Shown in pieces: positions 18,304-27,691 of a stretch of DNA of 64,000 nucleotides. Both the position numbers and the translations under genes were made by a program. The stretch spans positions 37,886-101,885 of the forward strand of contig JAKDSA010000001.1 in the NCBI GenBank assembly GCA_030457025.1. Direction: 5' to 3'. Numbering within the stretch: position 1 is the stretch's first letter; each line of letters starts with the position of its first letter. The notes under the pieces are model-generated. The model had not been told where the DNA came from and did no database searches. It saw nothing but the letters and a program-made list of their open reading frames with translations. This DNA comes from Brevibacterium sp. Its GTDB lineage: Bacteria; Actinomycetota; Actinomycetes; Actinomycetales; Brevibacteriaceae.

Positions 18304-20310
18304 GTGGCAGACAGCATTGACTGCGCGGGAGAGACCATTCCTTGGAAACAGGGACTGACTGGCACGGAGATCTTCTCCACGGACCGCACGGTCATTGCAA
18401 TGTGGCTCGACGGGCAGCCCGTTGATCTCAGTCGCGAACTCGCCGCTGGCGACCAGATCGCCCCGATCACCCTTGATTCTCCGGCAGGACTCGACATCCT
18501 GCGCCACTCGACTGCCCACGTCACCGCTCAGGCCGTCCAAGACCTGTTCCCCGATGCGAAGCTGGGCATCGGTCCCTACATCACCGATGGCTACTACTTC
18601 GACTTCGACGTGGCAGAGCCCTTCACCCCCGAAGACCTCAAGGCGATCCAGAAGAAGTCCGCCCAGATCGTGAAGTCCGGCCAGAGCTTCAACCGCGTCG
18701 TCGTCACCGAAGACGAAGCCAAGGCGCGCATGGCCAGCGAGCCCTACAAGCTCGAACTGATCTCCGACAAGGGTGCAGGCTCCGACGATTCGGCCTCCGT
18801 CGAGGTCGGCGCCGGCGAGCTCACCGTCTATGAGAACCTCGACCGCAAGGGTGAGGTCGTCTGGCAGGATCTCTGCCGTGGACCGCACCTGCCCACCACC
18901 AAGCTGATCGGCAACGGATTCGCCGTGACCCGTTCATCGGCGGCTTACTGGCGCGGAGACCAGACCAAGGCGAGTCTGCAGCGCGTCTACGGCACCGCTT
19001 GGGCTTCGAAAGAGGATCTCAAGGCCCACCAGGATCGCCTCGCGGAGGCAGAGCGCCGTGACCATCGCAAGCTCGGTGCCGAACTCGACCTGTTCTCCTT
19101 CCCCGAAGAGCTCGGTTCCGGCCTGCCCGTGTTCCACCCCAAGGGCGGAGTCATCAAGCGCGAGATGGAAGACTACGTTCGCGCCCGCCACATCGAGGAG
19201 GGCTTCGAGTACGTCGGCACCCCGCACATCTCGAAGGAGGCCCTCTACTACACCTCCGGGCACCTTCCGTACTATGGCGAGAACATGTTCCCGCCGATCT
19301 CCGTCGACGAGATCCGCGACGAGAACGGTGAGATCGTCAAGGAGGGTACCCCGTACCGCCTCAAGGCGATGAACTGCCCGATGCACAACCTCATCTACCG
19401 CTCACGTGGGCGCTCCTACCGCGAACTTCCGCTGCGTCTCTTCGAATTCGGCACCGTCTACCGCGATGAGGCCTCCGGAGTCGTCCACGGCCTCACCCGT
19501 GTGCGGGCCTTGACCCAGGACGATTCTCACTCCTATGTGGCACAGGAGGACGCCGGGAAGGAGATCCGTCACCTGCTCGAATTCGTTCTCAGCCTGCTGC
19601 GTGACTTCGGACTCGACGACTTCTACCTCGAGTTGTCCACCCGTGACGAGGACGGGAAGAAGAAAGACAAGTTCATCGGTTCGGACGAGCAGTGGGCCGA
19701 AGCCACGCAGGTTCTCGAAGAGGTCGCTTTGGAGACCGGCCTCGAGCTCGTCCCCGATCCCGGCGGAGCCGCATTCTACGGTCCCAAGGTCTCCGTCCAG
19801 GCACGTGATGCTATCGGCCGGACCTGGCAGATGTCGACCGTTCAGCTCGACTTCAACCAACCGGAGCGCTTCGGCCTGGAATATCAGGCCGCCGACGGAA
19901 CCCGCAAGCAGCCGGTGATGATCCACTCGGCGAAGTTCGGGTCCATCGAACGCTTCATGGGTGTGCTCATCGAGCACTATGCGGGCGCGTTCCCCGTCTG
20001 GCTGGCACCAGTCCAGGTCACCTGCATCCCCGTGGCCGAGGAATTCAACGACTACCTCGCCGAGGTGGCGACGCAGCTGCGGGCCGCCGGCGTGCGCGTC
20101 GAGATCGATGACAGCGACGATCGATTCCCGAAGAAGATTCGCAACGCATCGAAGTCGAAGGTGCCCTTCGTGCTCATCGCCGGTGGAGAGGACCGCGATG
20201 CGAATGCCGTGTCGTTCCGTTTCCGCAACGGTGAGCAGGACAACGGCGTATCAGTCGCCGAGGCGGTCACCCGGATCGTCGAATCCATCGAAACCAAGGC
20301 CCAGGTATGA
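18304..20310 (+). CDS. thrS: Threonine--tRNA ligase
   Basis: [43 protein letters not shown]. Confidence 0.98.
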   Translation: MADSIDCAGETIPWKQGLTGTEIFSTDRTVIAMWLDGQPVDLSRELAAGDQIAPITLDSPAGLDILRHSTAHVTAQAVQDLFPDAKLGIGPYITDGYYFDFDVAEPFTPEDLKAIQKKSAQIVKSGQSFNRVVVTEDEAKARMASEPYKLELISDKGAGSDDSASVEVGAGELTVYENLDRKGEVVWQDLCRGPHLPTTKLIGNGFAVTRSSAAYWRGDQTKASLQRVYGTAWASKEDLKAHQDRLAEAERRDHRKLGAELDLFSFPEELGSGLPVFHPKGGVIKREMEDYVRARHIEEGFEYVGTPHISKEALYYTSGHLPYYGENMFPPISVDEIRDENGEIVKEGTPYRLKAMNCPMHNLIYRSRGRSYRELPLRLFEFGTVYRDEASGVVHGLTRVRALTQDDSHSYVAQEDAGKEIRHLLEFVLSLLRDFGLDDFYLELSTRDEDGKKKDKFIGSDEQWAEATQVLEEVALETGLELVPDPGGAAFYGPKVSVQARDAIGRTWQMSTVQLDFNQPERFGLEYQAADGTRKQPVMIHSAKFGSIERFMGVLIEHYAGAFPVWLAPVQVTCIPVAEEFNDYLAEVATQLRAAGVRVEIDDSDDRFPKKIRNASKSKVPFVLIAGGEDRDANAVSFRFRNGEQDNGVSVAEAVTRIVESIETKAQV

Positions 20311-20906
20311 CCCAGAACCCACACAACCACCTCGGCGAAGGCGGCCCCGACCCCTGTGAGGGCATACCCGAGCCCGAGGCGGCTGCGGGTTTCCCGGGGG
20401 AGCCCGATGGCTTCCAACGGCTGTGGACACCGCATCGGATGGTCTACATCGGGGGACAGGATAAGCCTAAGGACTCCGGAGTCTCCGAATGCCCGTTCTG
20501 CACGGCTCCGACGAAATCCGACTCACAGGGACTGATCGTCGCCCGCGGTGAGGAGGTGTACGCGGTCCTCAACCTGTACCCGTACAATCCGGGCCACCTC
20601 CTCATCTGCCCCTATCGGCACGTCGCTGACTACACGGAGCTGACTGAATCTGAGACTGCGGAGCTCGCTGGCTTCTCGCAGAAGGCGATGACCGTGATCC
20701 GCGCCGTATCGTCCCCGGACGGATTCAACCTGGGAATGAACCAAGGACCTGTGGCAGGTGCCGGAATCGCCGCGCATCTGCATCAGCACATTGTGCCCAG
20801 ATGGGGTGGGGATTCGAATTTCCTGCCCGTCGTGGCACAGACCAAAGCTCTGCCGCAGGTGCACGCCGATGTGCAGGCAGCGTTATCGAAAGAATGGAAC
20901 AGATGA
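20307..20906 (+). CDS. HIT family protein (Ap4A phosphorylase type)
   Basis: [33 protein letters not shown]; ATGA overlap with thrS. Confidence 0.9.
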   Translation: MTQNPHNHLGEGGPDPCEGIPEPEAAAGFPGEPDGFQRLWTPHRMVYIGGQDKPKDSGVSECPFCTAPTKSDSQGLIVARGEEVYAVLNLYPYNPGHLLICPYRHVADYTELTESETAELAGFSQKAMTVIRAVSSPDGFNLGMNQGPVAGAGIAAHLHQHIVPRWGGDSNFLPVVAQTKALPQVHADVQAALSKEWNR

Positions 20907-22972
20907 ACCCCGAAGACCTCGACTCTCTGGCCGAGTACTCGTCCCCAGTGCTGCGCGGCAGCGAAGCCGTCATCACGATCACCCGCCCCGATCTGGAGTC
21001 GAACAGCTACCTCTCGCAGCTGTTCGGGTTGTCGGGGGAGTCCTCCAAGCGACTGACCCACAATTGGCGGGACTCTGCCCCCGAAGTCCACGCCAGTTGG
21101 TCCGGGTATCTGAGCGCAGCCAAGAAGGAGCCCGGCCAGCTGTATGTCGGCTCCAGCCTCGAAACGGCTCATCGGATCACCGACAACCACCTCGGCGTCT
21201 CCGAGTTCGCGCTCGATGACGAAGGCGCACGGGCGCTCTACGTCGCTCGGGTGGCCGAACCGGGGCGGTATGGCCTCAACGACGGCATCCCGGCGGGCGA
21301 AGAAGCGCCACGGCGAATCACCTCGGCGGCCTACCTGAGCAATGGGCTCGGGTACACGAACGACCGCCCGGCGCGGGCATTCCTCGTCGACCTTGTCGAA
21401 CCAGGGCTGGGGAAGTCCGGTGTCGCAGGTGGGGCCGAAGTCCCGCTGTCCACGCTCCTGGAGACCCCGATCTCCGATGTCCACGACCCCCAGTTCTCTC
21501 CGAGTGGGAGCCGAGTCAGCGTGATCTCCTCGCTCGCACCCGACCACGGTGAGCCTGATCTGCGGTCGACCGTGTGGCTGCTCGGCGGGGAGAATCCGGA
21601 AGCACTGACGCTGCCGCGGATGAGTGTGAGTCTGCACCGTTGGATCGACGATGAGACCGTGCTGCTCGTGGGCAATGAGCTGACCCGAGACGAACTCGAC
21701 TTCGTCGGGCAGATGCCCGGACTCTTCGTCCATGAGCTGACAACGAACACGACGCGGCGCCTGACCGACCCGGAGACAGTCGCAGTCGCCTCGATCCGGC
21801 CTCAGATCGTCGGCCACGGCATCGACGGCTCGATCCTGGCCGATGCTTCTGTCATCGCCGGTGTGGACACGGACGGTGCCACACGGATCATGTCGATCGA
21901 TCTGGCGGCGGAGAGCCGCACGCTGGGCGAACTGAACTTCCTCACCGACGACACGACCGTCGTCAACGGCTTCGACGTCGACGGTGGCAGCCTCGTCTGG
22001 ACGGGTGAGACACCCACGAGTCCTGCTGTCCTCAACCGTCTGGGCCTGACCGGCATCGGCAACCTGGCGACGGGCGTGGACGGCTGCGCGCCGGTGACGG
22101 ATGACCACGTGGAAGTCACGGACTGCGACACCACGGTCAAAGCACATCCAGCGCCCGCGAATTCCGTCCTCCCACAGGTGCTCAGCGTCGACGGTGCCGG
22201 CGGGACCATTACGGGGTGGCTGGCGAAGCCGAGTGGGCAGGGGCCGTTCCCCGTCATCCTCAACATCCACGGGGGACCGTTCGCGCAGTACACCCACGGT
22301 TGGTTCGACGAAACCCAGGTCCTCACCTCGGCGGGATATGCCGTGGTCTACGCGAACCCGCGCGGCTCCGGCGGACGCACCCGCGCATGGGGGACAGCAG
22401 TGCAGGGGAACATGGCGGCTCCTGCGATGGCCGACGTCCTCGCCGTGCTCGACCACGCATTGGCTGGCGACTCGGAGCTTGACTCCAGCCGTCTCGGTGT
22501 CCAGGGCGGCTCCTACGGCGGTTATCTCACTGCGATGATCACCGCCACTGACCATCGCTTCCAGGCGGCCATCGTCGAACGTGGCTACCTCGACCCTGCC
22601 AGCTTCGTCGGCACCTCCGACATCGGACGGTTCTTCACCGAGGAATACACCACCCGTGACCGGCAGGCCATTGCAGAGCAGTCCCCATTGGCGCATGCCT
22701 CACAGGTGCGCACACCCAGCCTGGTGATGCATTCGGAACTCGACTTCCGCTGTCCGCTCGAACAGGCACAGCAGTACTATGCCGCACTGCAGCGAGCCGG
22801 AGTGGACACCGAATTGCTCATCTTCCCCGGCGAGAATCACGAGCTGTCGCGCTCTGGCCAGCCCCTGCATCGTCGGCAGCGCTTTGAAGCGATGATCGAC
22901 TGGTGGGACCAGCATCTGGCCGGAGACGTTGATGCGAATCTCGACGATCAGACCACCTCGGCGATCCGCTGA
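20903..22972 (+). CDS. S9 family (acylaminoacyl/prolyl oligo-) peptidase
   Basis: IHGGP, NPRGSGG, nucleophile GGSYGG, DFRCP, ENHELSRSG; ATGA overlap with HIT gene. Confidence 0.92.
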   Translation: MNPEDLDSLAEYSSPVLRGSEAVITITRPDLESNSYLSQLFGLSGESSKRLTHNWRDSAPEVHASWSGYLSAAKKEPGQLYVGSSLETAHRITDNHLGVSEFALDDEGARALYVARVAEPGRYGLNDGIPAGEEAPRRITSAAYLSNGLGYTNDRPARAFLVDLVEPGLGKSGVAGGAEVPLSTLLETPISDVHDPQFSPSGSRVSVISSLAPDHGEPDLRSTVWLLGGENPEALTLPRMSVSLHRWIDDETVLLVGNELTRDELDFVGQMPGLFVHELTTNTTRRLTDPETVAVASIRPQIVGHGIDGSILADASVIAGVDTDGATRIMSIDLAAESRTLGELNFLTDDTTVVNGFDVDGGSLVWTGETPTSPAVLNRLGLTGIGNLATGVDGCAPVTDDHVEVTDCDTTVKAHPAPANSVLPQVLSVDGAGGTITGWLAKPSGQGPFPVILNIHGGPFAQYTHGWFDETQVLTSAGYAVVYANPRGSGGRTRAWGTAVQGNMAAPAMADVLAVLDHALAGDSELDSSRLGVQGGSYGGYLTAMITATDHRFQAAIVERGYLDPASFVGTSDIGRFFTEEYTTRDRQAIAEQSPLAHASQVRTPSLVMHSELDFRCPLEQAQQYYAALQRAGVDTELLIFPGENHELSRSGQPLHRRQRFEAMIDWWDQHLAGDVDANLDDQTTSAIR

Positions 22973-22986
22973 AGCGATGATCGACT
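22885..22986 (+). repeat. 17-bp direct repeat at peptidase 3' end
   Basis: TGAAGCGATGATCGACT at 22885-22901 and 22970-22986. Confidence 0.8.
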
Positions 22987-23196
22987 CCACCGCCTCCGAG
23001 GCGCGTAACCTACCCTTCCTGGCTCGGTCCGATTCACGTCCCCAGTCGGTGATTTCTCACATTGCACGCCACCAGCTTGGTCGTTTGGGCACTTCCCGAT
23101 ATCGTTCTGTCGGTTACGATAGCGATCTTGCTGATTGCTTGCCGTTTCATTATTCTGCACAAACTGCGTCCGTCCATCGTCAACTCCTGGAGAACC

Positions 23197-23676
23197 ATGA
23201 AACCTCGTAAAGCCTCACGGGTCGTATTACTCAATGAGCGCGACGAGGTTCTCCTGATTCGAGCTCAGGATCTGCTCACGCCCACGCATCAATGGTGGAT
23301 GACATGCGGCGGCGGATCCGAGCTGGGGGAGTCGGCTGCTCAGACCGCAGCCCGCGAACTCGCCGAGGAGACCGGACTCGAATGCGAACCCGGCGAGCTC
23401 ATCGGTCCATTGGCGACCCGCGATGACGTCTTCAAATTCACGGAGAAGTCGCTGCATCAGCACGAAACCTACTTTGCATTCCGCACGAGTGAGGACATCG
23501 AGCTCGAGGACGCTGTCTGGACGGACATCGAGAAGCGCAGTCTGCTCGAGTTCCGGTGGTGGACCCGCGAAGAGCTGATGACCACGACTGAGACGATCTA
23601 CCCGAAGAATCTGCTTCACCTGATGGATCTCGTCACTGCGGGCTCCGTGCCCGACGTTCCCCTCGTCATCGACTGA
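23197..23676 (+). CDS. NUDIX hydrolase
   Basis: Nudix box GGGSELGESAAQTAARELAEETG; RBS GGAG before ATG 23197. Confidence 0.9.
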   Translation: MKPRKASRVVLLNERDEVLLIRAQDLLTPTHQWWMTCGGGSELGESAAQTAARELAEETGLECEPGELIGPLATRDDVFKFTEKSLHQHETYFAFRTSEDIELEDAVWTDIEKRSLLEFRWWTREELMTTTETIYPKNLLHLMDLVTAGSVPDVPLVID

Positions 23677-23812
23677 AGGCCAGTGCTGCATCCCGTGGGG
23701 TTTCCACGAGCCTCGACTCCGTCCCGGCGGCGCTGCCTCACGTGGTCGAGCGCACATAACAGGGTGCCGAGCGTATAGACTCTAGGGGCTGTATCTATAG
23801 GAAGGAACACCA

Positions 23813-24565
23813 GTGTCAGGTCATTCCAAGTGGGCAACGACTAAACACAAAAAAGCTGCCATCGATTCTAAGCGGGCCAAGCTCTTTGCCAAGCTGATCA
23901 AGAACATCGAGGTTGCCGCCCGAAATGGTGGGCCTGACCTCGAAGGCAATCCGACGCTGTTCGACGCGGTTCAGAAGGCGAAGAGGAACTCGGTTCCAGC
24001 CGACAACATCACCCGTGCGGTCAAACGCGGTGGCGGCCTCGACGGTTCCGCCGTGAACTATGAGAACATCCTGTACGAGGGCTATGCAGCCGGTGGTGTC
24101 GCCCTGCTCATCGAGTGCCTGACCGACAACCGCAACCGTGCGGCCTCAGAAGTCCGCGTGGCAGTCACACGCAACGGCGGCACCATGGCTGACCCCGGCT
24201 CAGTGACGTACAACTTCGACCGCAAAGGTGTCATCATCGTTCCCGCCGAAGGAACCGATGAGGACTCGATCGTCCTGGCGACCCTGGACGCTGGTGCTGA
24301 AGAGGTCAAGGACGAGGGCGAGACCTTCGAGATCATCTGTGAGGCAACCGACCTCGTTGCCGTGCGCACAGCACTCGTCGATGCAGGCATCGACTACAAC
24401 TCGGCAGAGGCATCCTTCGTGCCCGGGATCGAAGTCAGCTTGGACGCGGACACGGCCAGCAAGGTCTTCAACCTCATCGATGCGCTCGAAGACAGCGATG
24501 AGGTTCAGAACGTCTACTCCAACGCTGACGTCAGTGACGAGGTCCTCGCCGAACTTGATTCCTGA
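23813..24565 (+). CDS. YebC/PmpR family protein
   Basis: [31 protein letters not shown]. Confidence 0.96.
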   Translation: MSGHSKWATTKHKKAAIDSKRAKLFAKLIKNIEVAARNGGPDLEGNPTLFDAVQKAKRNSVPADNITRAVKRGGGLDGSAVNYENILYEGYAAGGVALLIECLTDNRNRAASEVRVAVTRNGGTMADPGSVTYNFDRKGVIIVPAEGTDEDSIVLATLDAGAEEVKDEGETFEIICEATDLVAVRTALVDAGIDYNSAEASFVPGIEVSLDADTASKVFNLIDALEDSDEVQNVYSNADVSDEVLAELDS

Positions 24566-25161
24566 TGAGAATCCTCGGCGTTGATCCCGGCCTGACCCGA
24601 TGCGGGCTCGGTGTCATCGACACCCTGCCCGCCCGCAAGGCCAGAATGGTGTCGGTCGATGTGCTGCGAACGCCGTCCACGGATTCCGTGGATCTGCGTC
24701 TGGGATCCCTCGCCGAGGCGTTCGACAGCTGGTTGGACACCTATCGTCCCGATGTCGTGGCCATTGAGCGTGTGTTCGCCCGCAACGACGTCTCCACGAT
24801 CATGGGCACCGCACAGGTCTCCGGCCTGACTATGGGACTTGCCGCCAGGCGCGGACTGCCGGTGGCGATGCACACCCCTTCAGAGGTGAAAGCCGCCATC
24901 ACCGGCTCGGGACGAGCAGACAAGAAACAGGTCACGAACATGGTGACCCGGATACTCGAGCTCGACGCGCCGCCGAAGCCAGCGGATGCGGCCGACGCCC
25001 TGGCGATTGCGATCTGCCACTCGTGGCGCGGAGCACTCAGTGCACAGTCGACCCCCGGTGCGAACAAAGATCTGAATGAACGTAAGAGCGGCGGACGCCA
25101 AGGCACAGGTCTGACGAAGGCACAGGAGCAGTGGGCCAAGGCCCTTCGCAACGCTAAGTAG
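24565..25161 (+). CDS. ruvC: Holliday junction resolvase RuvC
   Basis: [38 protein letters not shown]. Confidence 0.96.
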   Translation: MRILGVDPGLTRCGLGVIDTLPARKARMVSVDVLRTPSTDSVDLRLGSLAEAFDSWLDTYRPDVVAIERVFARNDVSTIMGTAQVSGLTMGLAARRGLPVAMHTPSEVKAAITGSGRADKKQVTNMVTRILELDAPPKPADAADALAIAICHSWRGALSAQSTPGANKDLNERKSGGRQGTGLTKAQEQWAKALRNAK

Positions 25162-25259
25162 GCATGCTCGCATCTGCGGGCTGGCCGGCGATGTCACCGC
25201 GACGGAACTGAGCCTTGGTATCGTCGGTATGTCGAGTCGGGCGCTCCGGGACGAGCTGA

Positions 25260-25285
25260 TAGCCTGGATTCGTACATGTGTTCCC
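25260..25285 (+). promoter_or_regulatory. Candidate -10 element plus LexA (SOS) box upstream of ruvA
   Basis: TAGCCT at 25260-25265, then TCGTAC-ATGT-GTTCCC at 25270-25285 (13/16 to TCGAAC-N4-GTTCGA). Confidence 0.5.
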
Positions 25286-25301
25286 ACTTGAAAGGCAGAC
25301 C

Positions 25302-25898
25302 GTGATCAGTTTTCTCAGCGGTACGGTCCATCGCATCGCAGCTGACCACCTCGTCATTCTCACCTATGGTGTCGGACGCAAAATCAACGTCACACCGGAT
25401 ACCCTTTCAAGCACTCGTCACGGTGCGGATATCGAACTCGTGACCACACTGGTCGTCCGTGAAGACTCCATGACCCTGTTCGGTTTCGGGACCGAAGACG
25501 AGAACCATACGTTCGAGGTTCTTCTGTCGATCTCCGGAATCGGTCCACGATTGGCGATGGCGATTCTGTCGGTGATGGGGCCGGGCGAACTCGCAGCCGC
25601 GATTTCGAATCAGGATGCCAATGCGCTGACTCGCGTCCCGGGTATCGGCAAGAAGGGCGCTTCCCGAATCATCCTCGAGCTCGAGAACAAACTGCCGAGT
25701 CTCGCTGCATCTGAACCGGGGCCGCAGCTGTCGTTCGGCGGGGGGAATCAGCAGGTCGTCGATGCGCTGGTCGGTCTTGGATGGAAAGAGGCTCAAGCCG
25801 CTGACGTCGTGCAGGAAGTGGTCAAGGATCTCGGCCAGAATGCTGGCACATCGACGCTGCTGAAAGCCGCTCTCAAGGTTCTGGGTGCCAGGAAGTGA
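25302..25898 (+). CDS. ruvA: Holliday junction branch migration protein RuvA
   Basis: [37 protein letters not shown]; start GTG 25302. Confidence 0.95.
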   Translation: MISFLSGTVHRIAADHLVILTYGVGRKINVTPDTLSSTRHGADIELVTTLVVREDSMTLFGFGTEDENHTFEVLLSISGIGPRLAMAILSVMGPGELAAAISNQDANALTRVPGIGKKGASRIILELENKLPSLAASEPGPQLSFGGGNQQVVDALVGLGWKEAQAADVVQEVVKDLGQNAGTSTLLKAALKVLGARK

Positions 25899-26977
25899 CG
25901 AGTTCTTCTGACGGCGGGAACGCCTCCTATGAAATGGACTTCGGCGATCAGAACCTGACGGGCGCCGAAGAGGAACGCTTAGTTTCGGGTCGGGCCGAAA
26001 CGGCTGAACAGGACGCGGAAGCCGCGCTTCGGCCCAAGGGCCTCCAGGACTTCATCGGCCAGCCACAGGTCCGCGAGCAGCTTTCCCTGGTCCTCGATGC
26101 TGCGAAGGCGCGGAACAAGGCTCCTGACCATGTGCTGCTCTCTGGCCCTCCTGGACTGGGTAAGACGACCCTGGCGATGATCATCGCGCATGAGATGCAG
26201 TCCAGTCTGCGCGTGACGTCCGGCCCGGCAGTGCAGCATGCGGGGGATCTTGCAGCGATCCTCTCCTCCTTGGAGGAAGGCGAAGTCCTGTTCGTCGACG
26301 AGATCCATCGGATGGCTCGCGCCGCCGAGGAGATGCTCTATGTCGCGATGGAGGACTTCCGTGTCGATGTCATCGTCGGCAAGGGACCCGGTGCCACAGC
26401 AATCCCACTGGACCTTCCCCATTTCACGCTGGTCGGAGCGACAACTCGCTCTGGGCTCCTTCCTGCCCCTCTACGAGACCGTTTCGGCTTCACCGGACTC
26501 CTGGACTTCTACACCAGCAGCGATCTCCTGACCGTGTTGAAACGGTCGGCGCACATGCTCGGAATCGAAGCAGACCTTGCGGGCCTGAAAGAGATCTCTA
26601 CCCGCTCTCGCGGAACTCCTCGCGTTGCGAACCGGCTTCTGCGCAGGGTCAGAGACTGGGCGCAGGTACGCGGCACGGGCGTCATCGACGAAGCCGCAGC
26701 ACTCGCTGCGCTCACGGTGTACGAAGTCGACGAACTCGGCCTGGATCGTCTTGACCGTTCTGTGCTGCAAGTGCTGTGCAAACGCTTCGCCGGGGGGCCG
26801 GTCGGTCTCGGAACCATTGCAGTGTCCGTCGGAGAAGAGGCCGATACCGTCGAAACCGTATCGGAACCCTACCTTGTGCGAGAAGGACTGATCAGTCGCA
26901 CTCCGCGGGGCAGGGTCGCGACGTCTGCGGCCTGGCAGCACCTGGGAATGCAGATCCCAGCAAACTATGAGTTCTGA
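25895..26977 (+). CDS. ruvB: Holliday junction helicase RuvB
   Basis: [44 protein letters not shown]. Confidence 0.97.
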   Translation: MTSSSDGGNASYEMDFGDQNLTGAEEERLVSGRAETAEQDAEAALRPKGLQDFIGQPQVREQLSLVLDAAKARNKAPDHVLLSGPPGLGKTTLAMIIAHEMQSSLRVTSGPAVQHAGDLAAILSSLEEGEVLFVDEIHRMARAAEEMLYVAMEDFRVDVIVGKGPGATAIPLDLPHFTLVGATTRSGLLPAPLRDRFGFTGLLDFYTSSDLLTVLKRSAHMLGIEADLAGLKEISTRSRGTPRVANRLLRRVRDWAQVRGTGVIDEAAALAALTVYEVDELGLDRLDRSVLQVLCKRFAGGPVGLGTIAVSVGEEADTVETVSEPYLVREGLISRTPRGRVATSAAWQHLGMQIPANYEF

Positions 26978-27058
26978 TCCCGGCATTTGAGTTCGCCTTG
27001 AGTACTGACGACGAACTAAGGTAGTGGACTGGTTCATTCTTATGAAAGGTAGATACCT

Positions 27059-27658
27059 GTGGATTTATTGATCCCTCTCGCGCTTGCTGCGCTGCTTATT
27101 TTTTTCCTGTTCAATTCTCGGCGTAAGCAGAAGGCGCGTGCAGAGGAGATCAAGACGGGACTGGTTCCCGGCGCAACGGTGATGACGACATTCGGCGTCT
27201 TCGGCACCGTTCTGTCCATCGACGATGAGAACAATCAGGTCACTCTCGAGTCGGGCCCCGGCACCGTTCTCCGCGTTCACCGCCAGGCCATCGGTCAGAT
27301 CAGTAACCCAGAGACTGGGGGCGCTGCCGCTGATGGGGCTGTCGCCGGTTCTGCAGGTGCCGCCGATGATGCCGAGAGTACCGAAGCTCCGGCGATCACC
27401 GATGCGGAACTCGATGCCATGAATGAACGCAAGCGGGCCGAGGGCAGCACTGACGATGCAGAACTCGCAGCCGACGACATCGACGCTGAACTGAACGCCG
27501 GCGATGAGCAGGTTGACGCAGACGATGCAGGAGCCGCAAGCTCTGACAAGGTTGCCGGGTCCCAGCCCGACGACGATGTTGTGGACGGCACCGATGACAC
27601 CGAAGCGGACGCATCCGGCACCGATTCTTCCGATCCTGAGAACCACAAGAAGAACTGA
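27059..27658 (+). CDS. yajC: Preprotein translocase subunit YajC with acidic tail
   Basis: N-terminal TM, PGATVMTTFGVFGTV; precedes secD. Confidence 0.88.
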   Translation: MDLLIPLALAALLIFFLFNSRRKQKARAEEIKTGLVPGATVMTTFGVFGTVLSIDDENNQVTLESGPGTVLRVHRQAIGQISNPETGGAAADGAVAGSAGAADDAESTEAPAITDAELDAMNERKRAEGSTDDAELAADDIDAELNAGDEQVDADDAGAASSDKVAGSQPDDDVVDGTDDTEADASGTDSSDPENHKKN

Positions 27659-27691
27659 CTTCGCTCACTGCACTCAATCGAAAGCTGAAAC

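Noticed and set aside
20783-22696. 637-aa antisense ORF opposite the S9 peptidase
   Set aside because: Same shadow-ORF effect; no RBS or domain evidence
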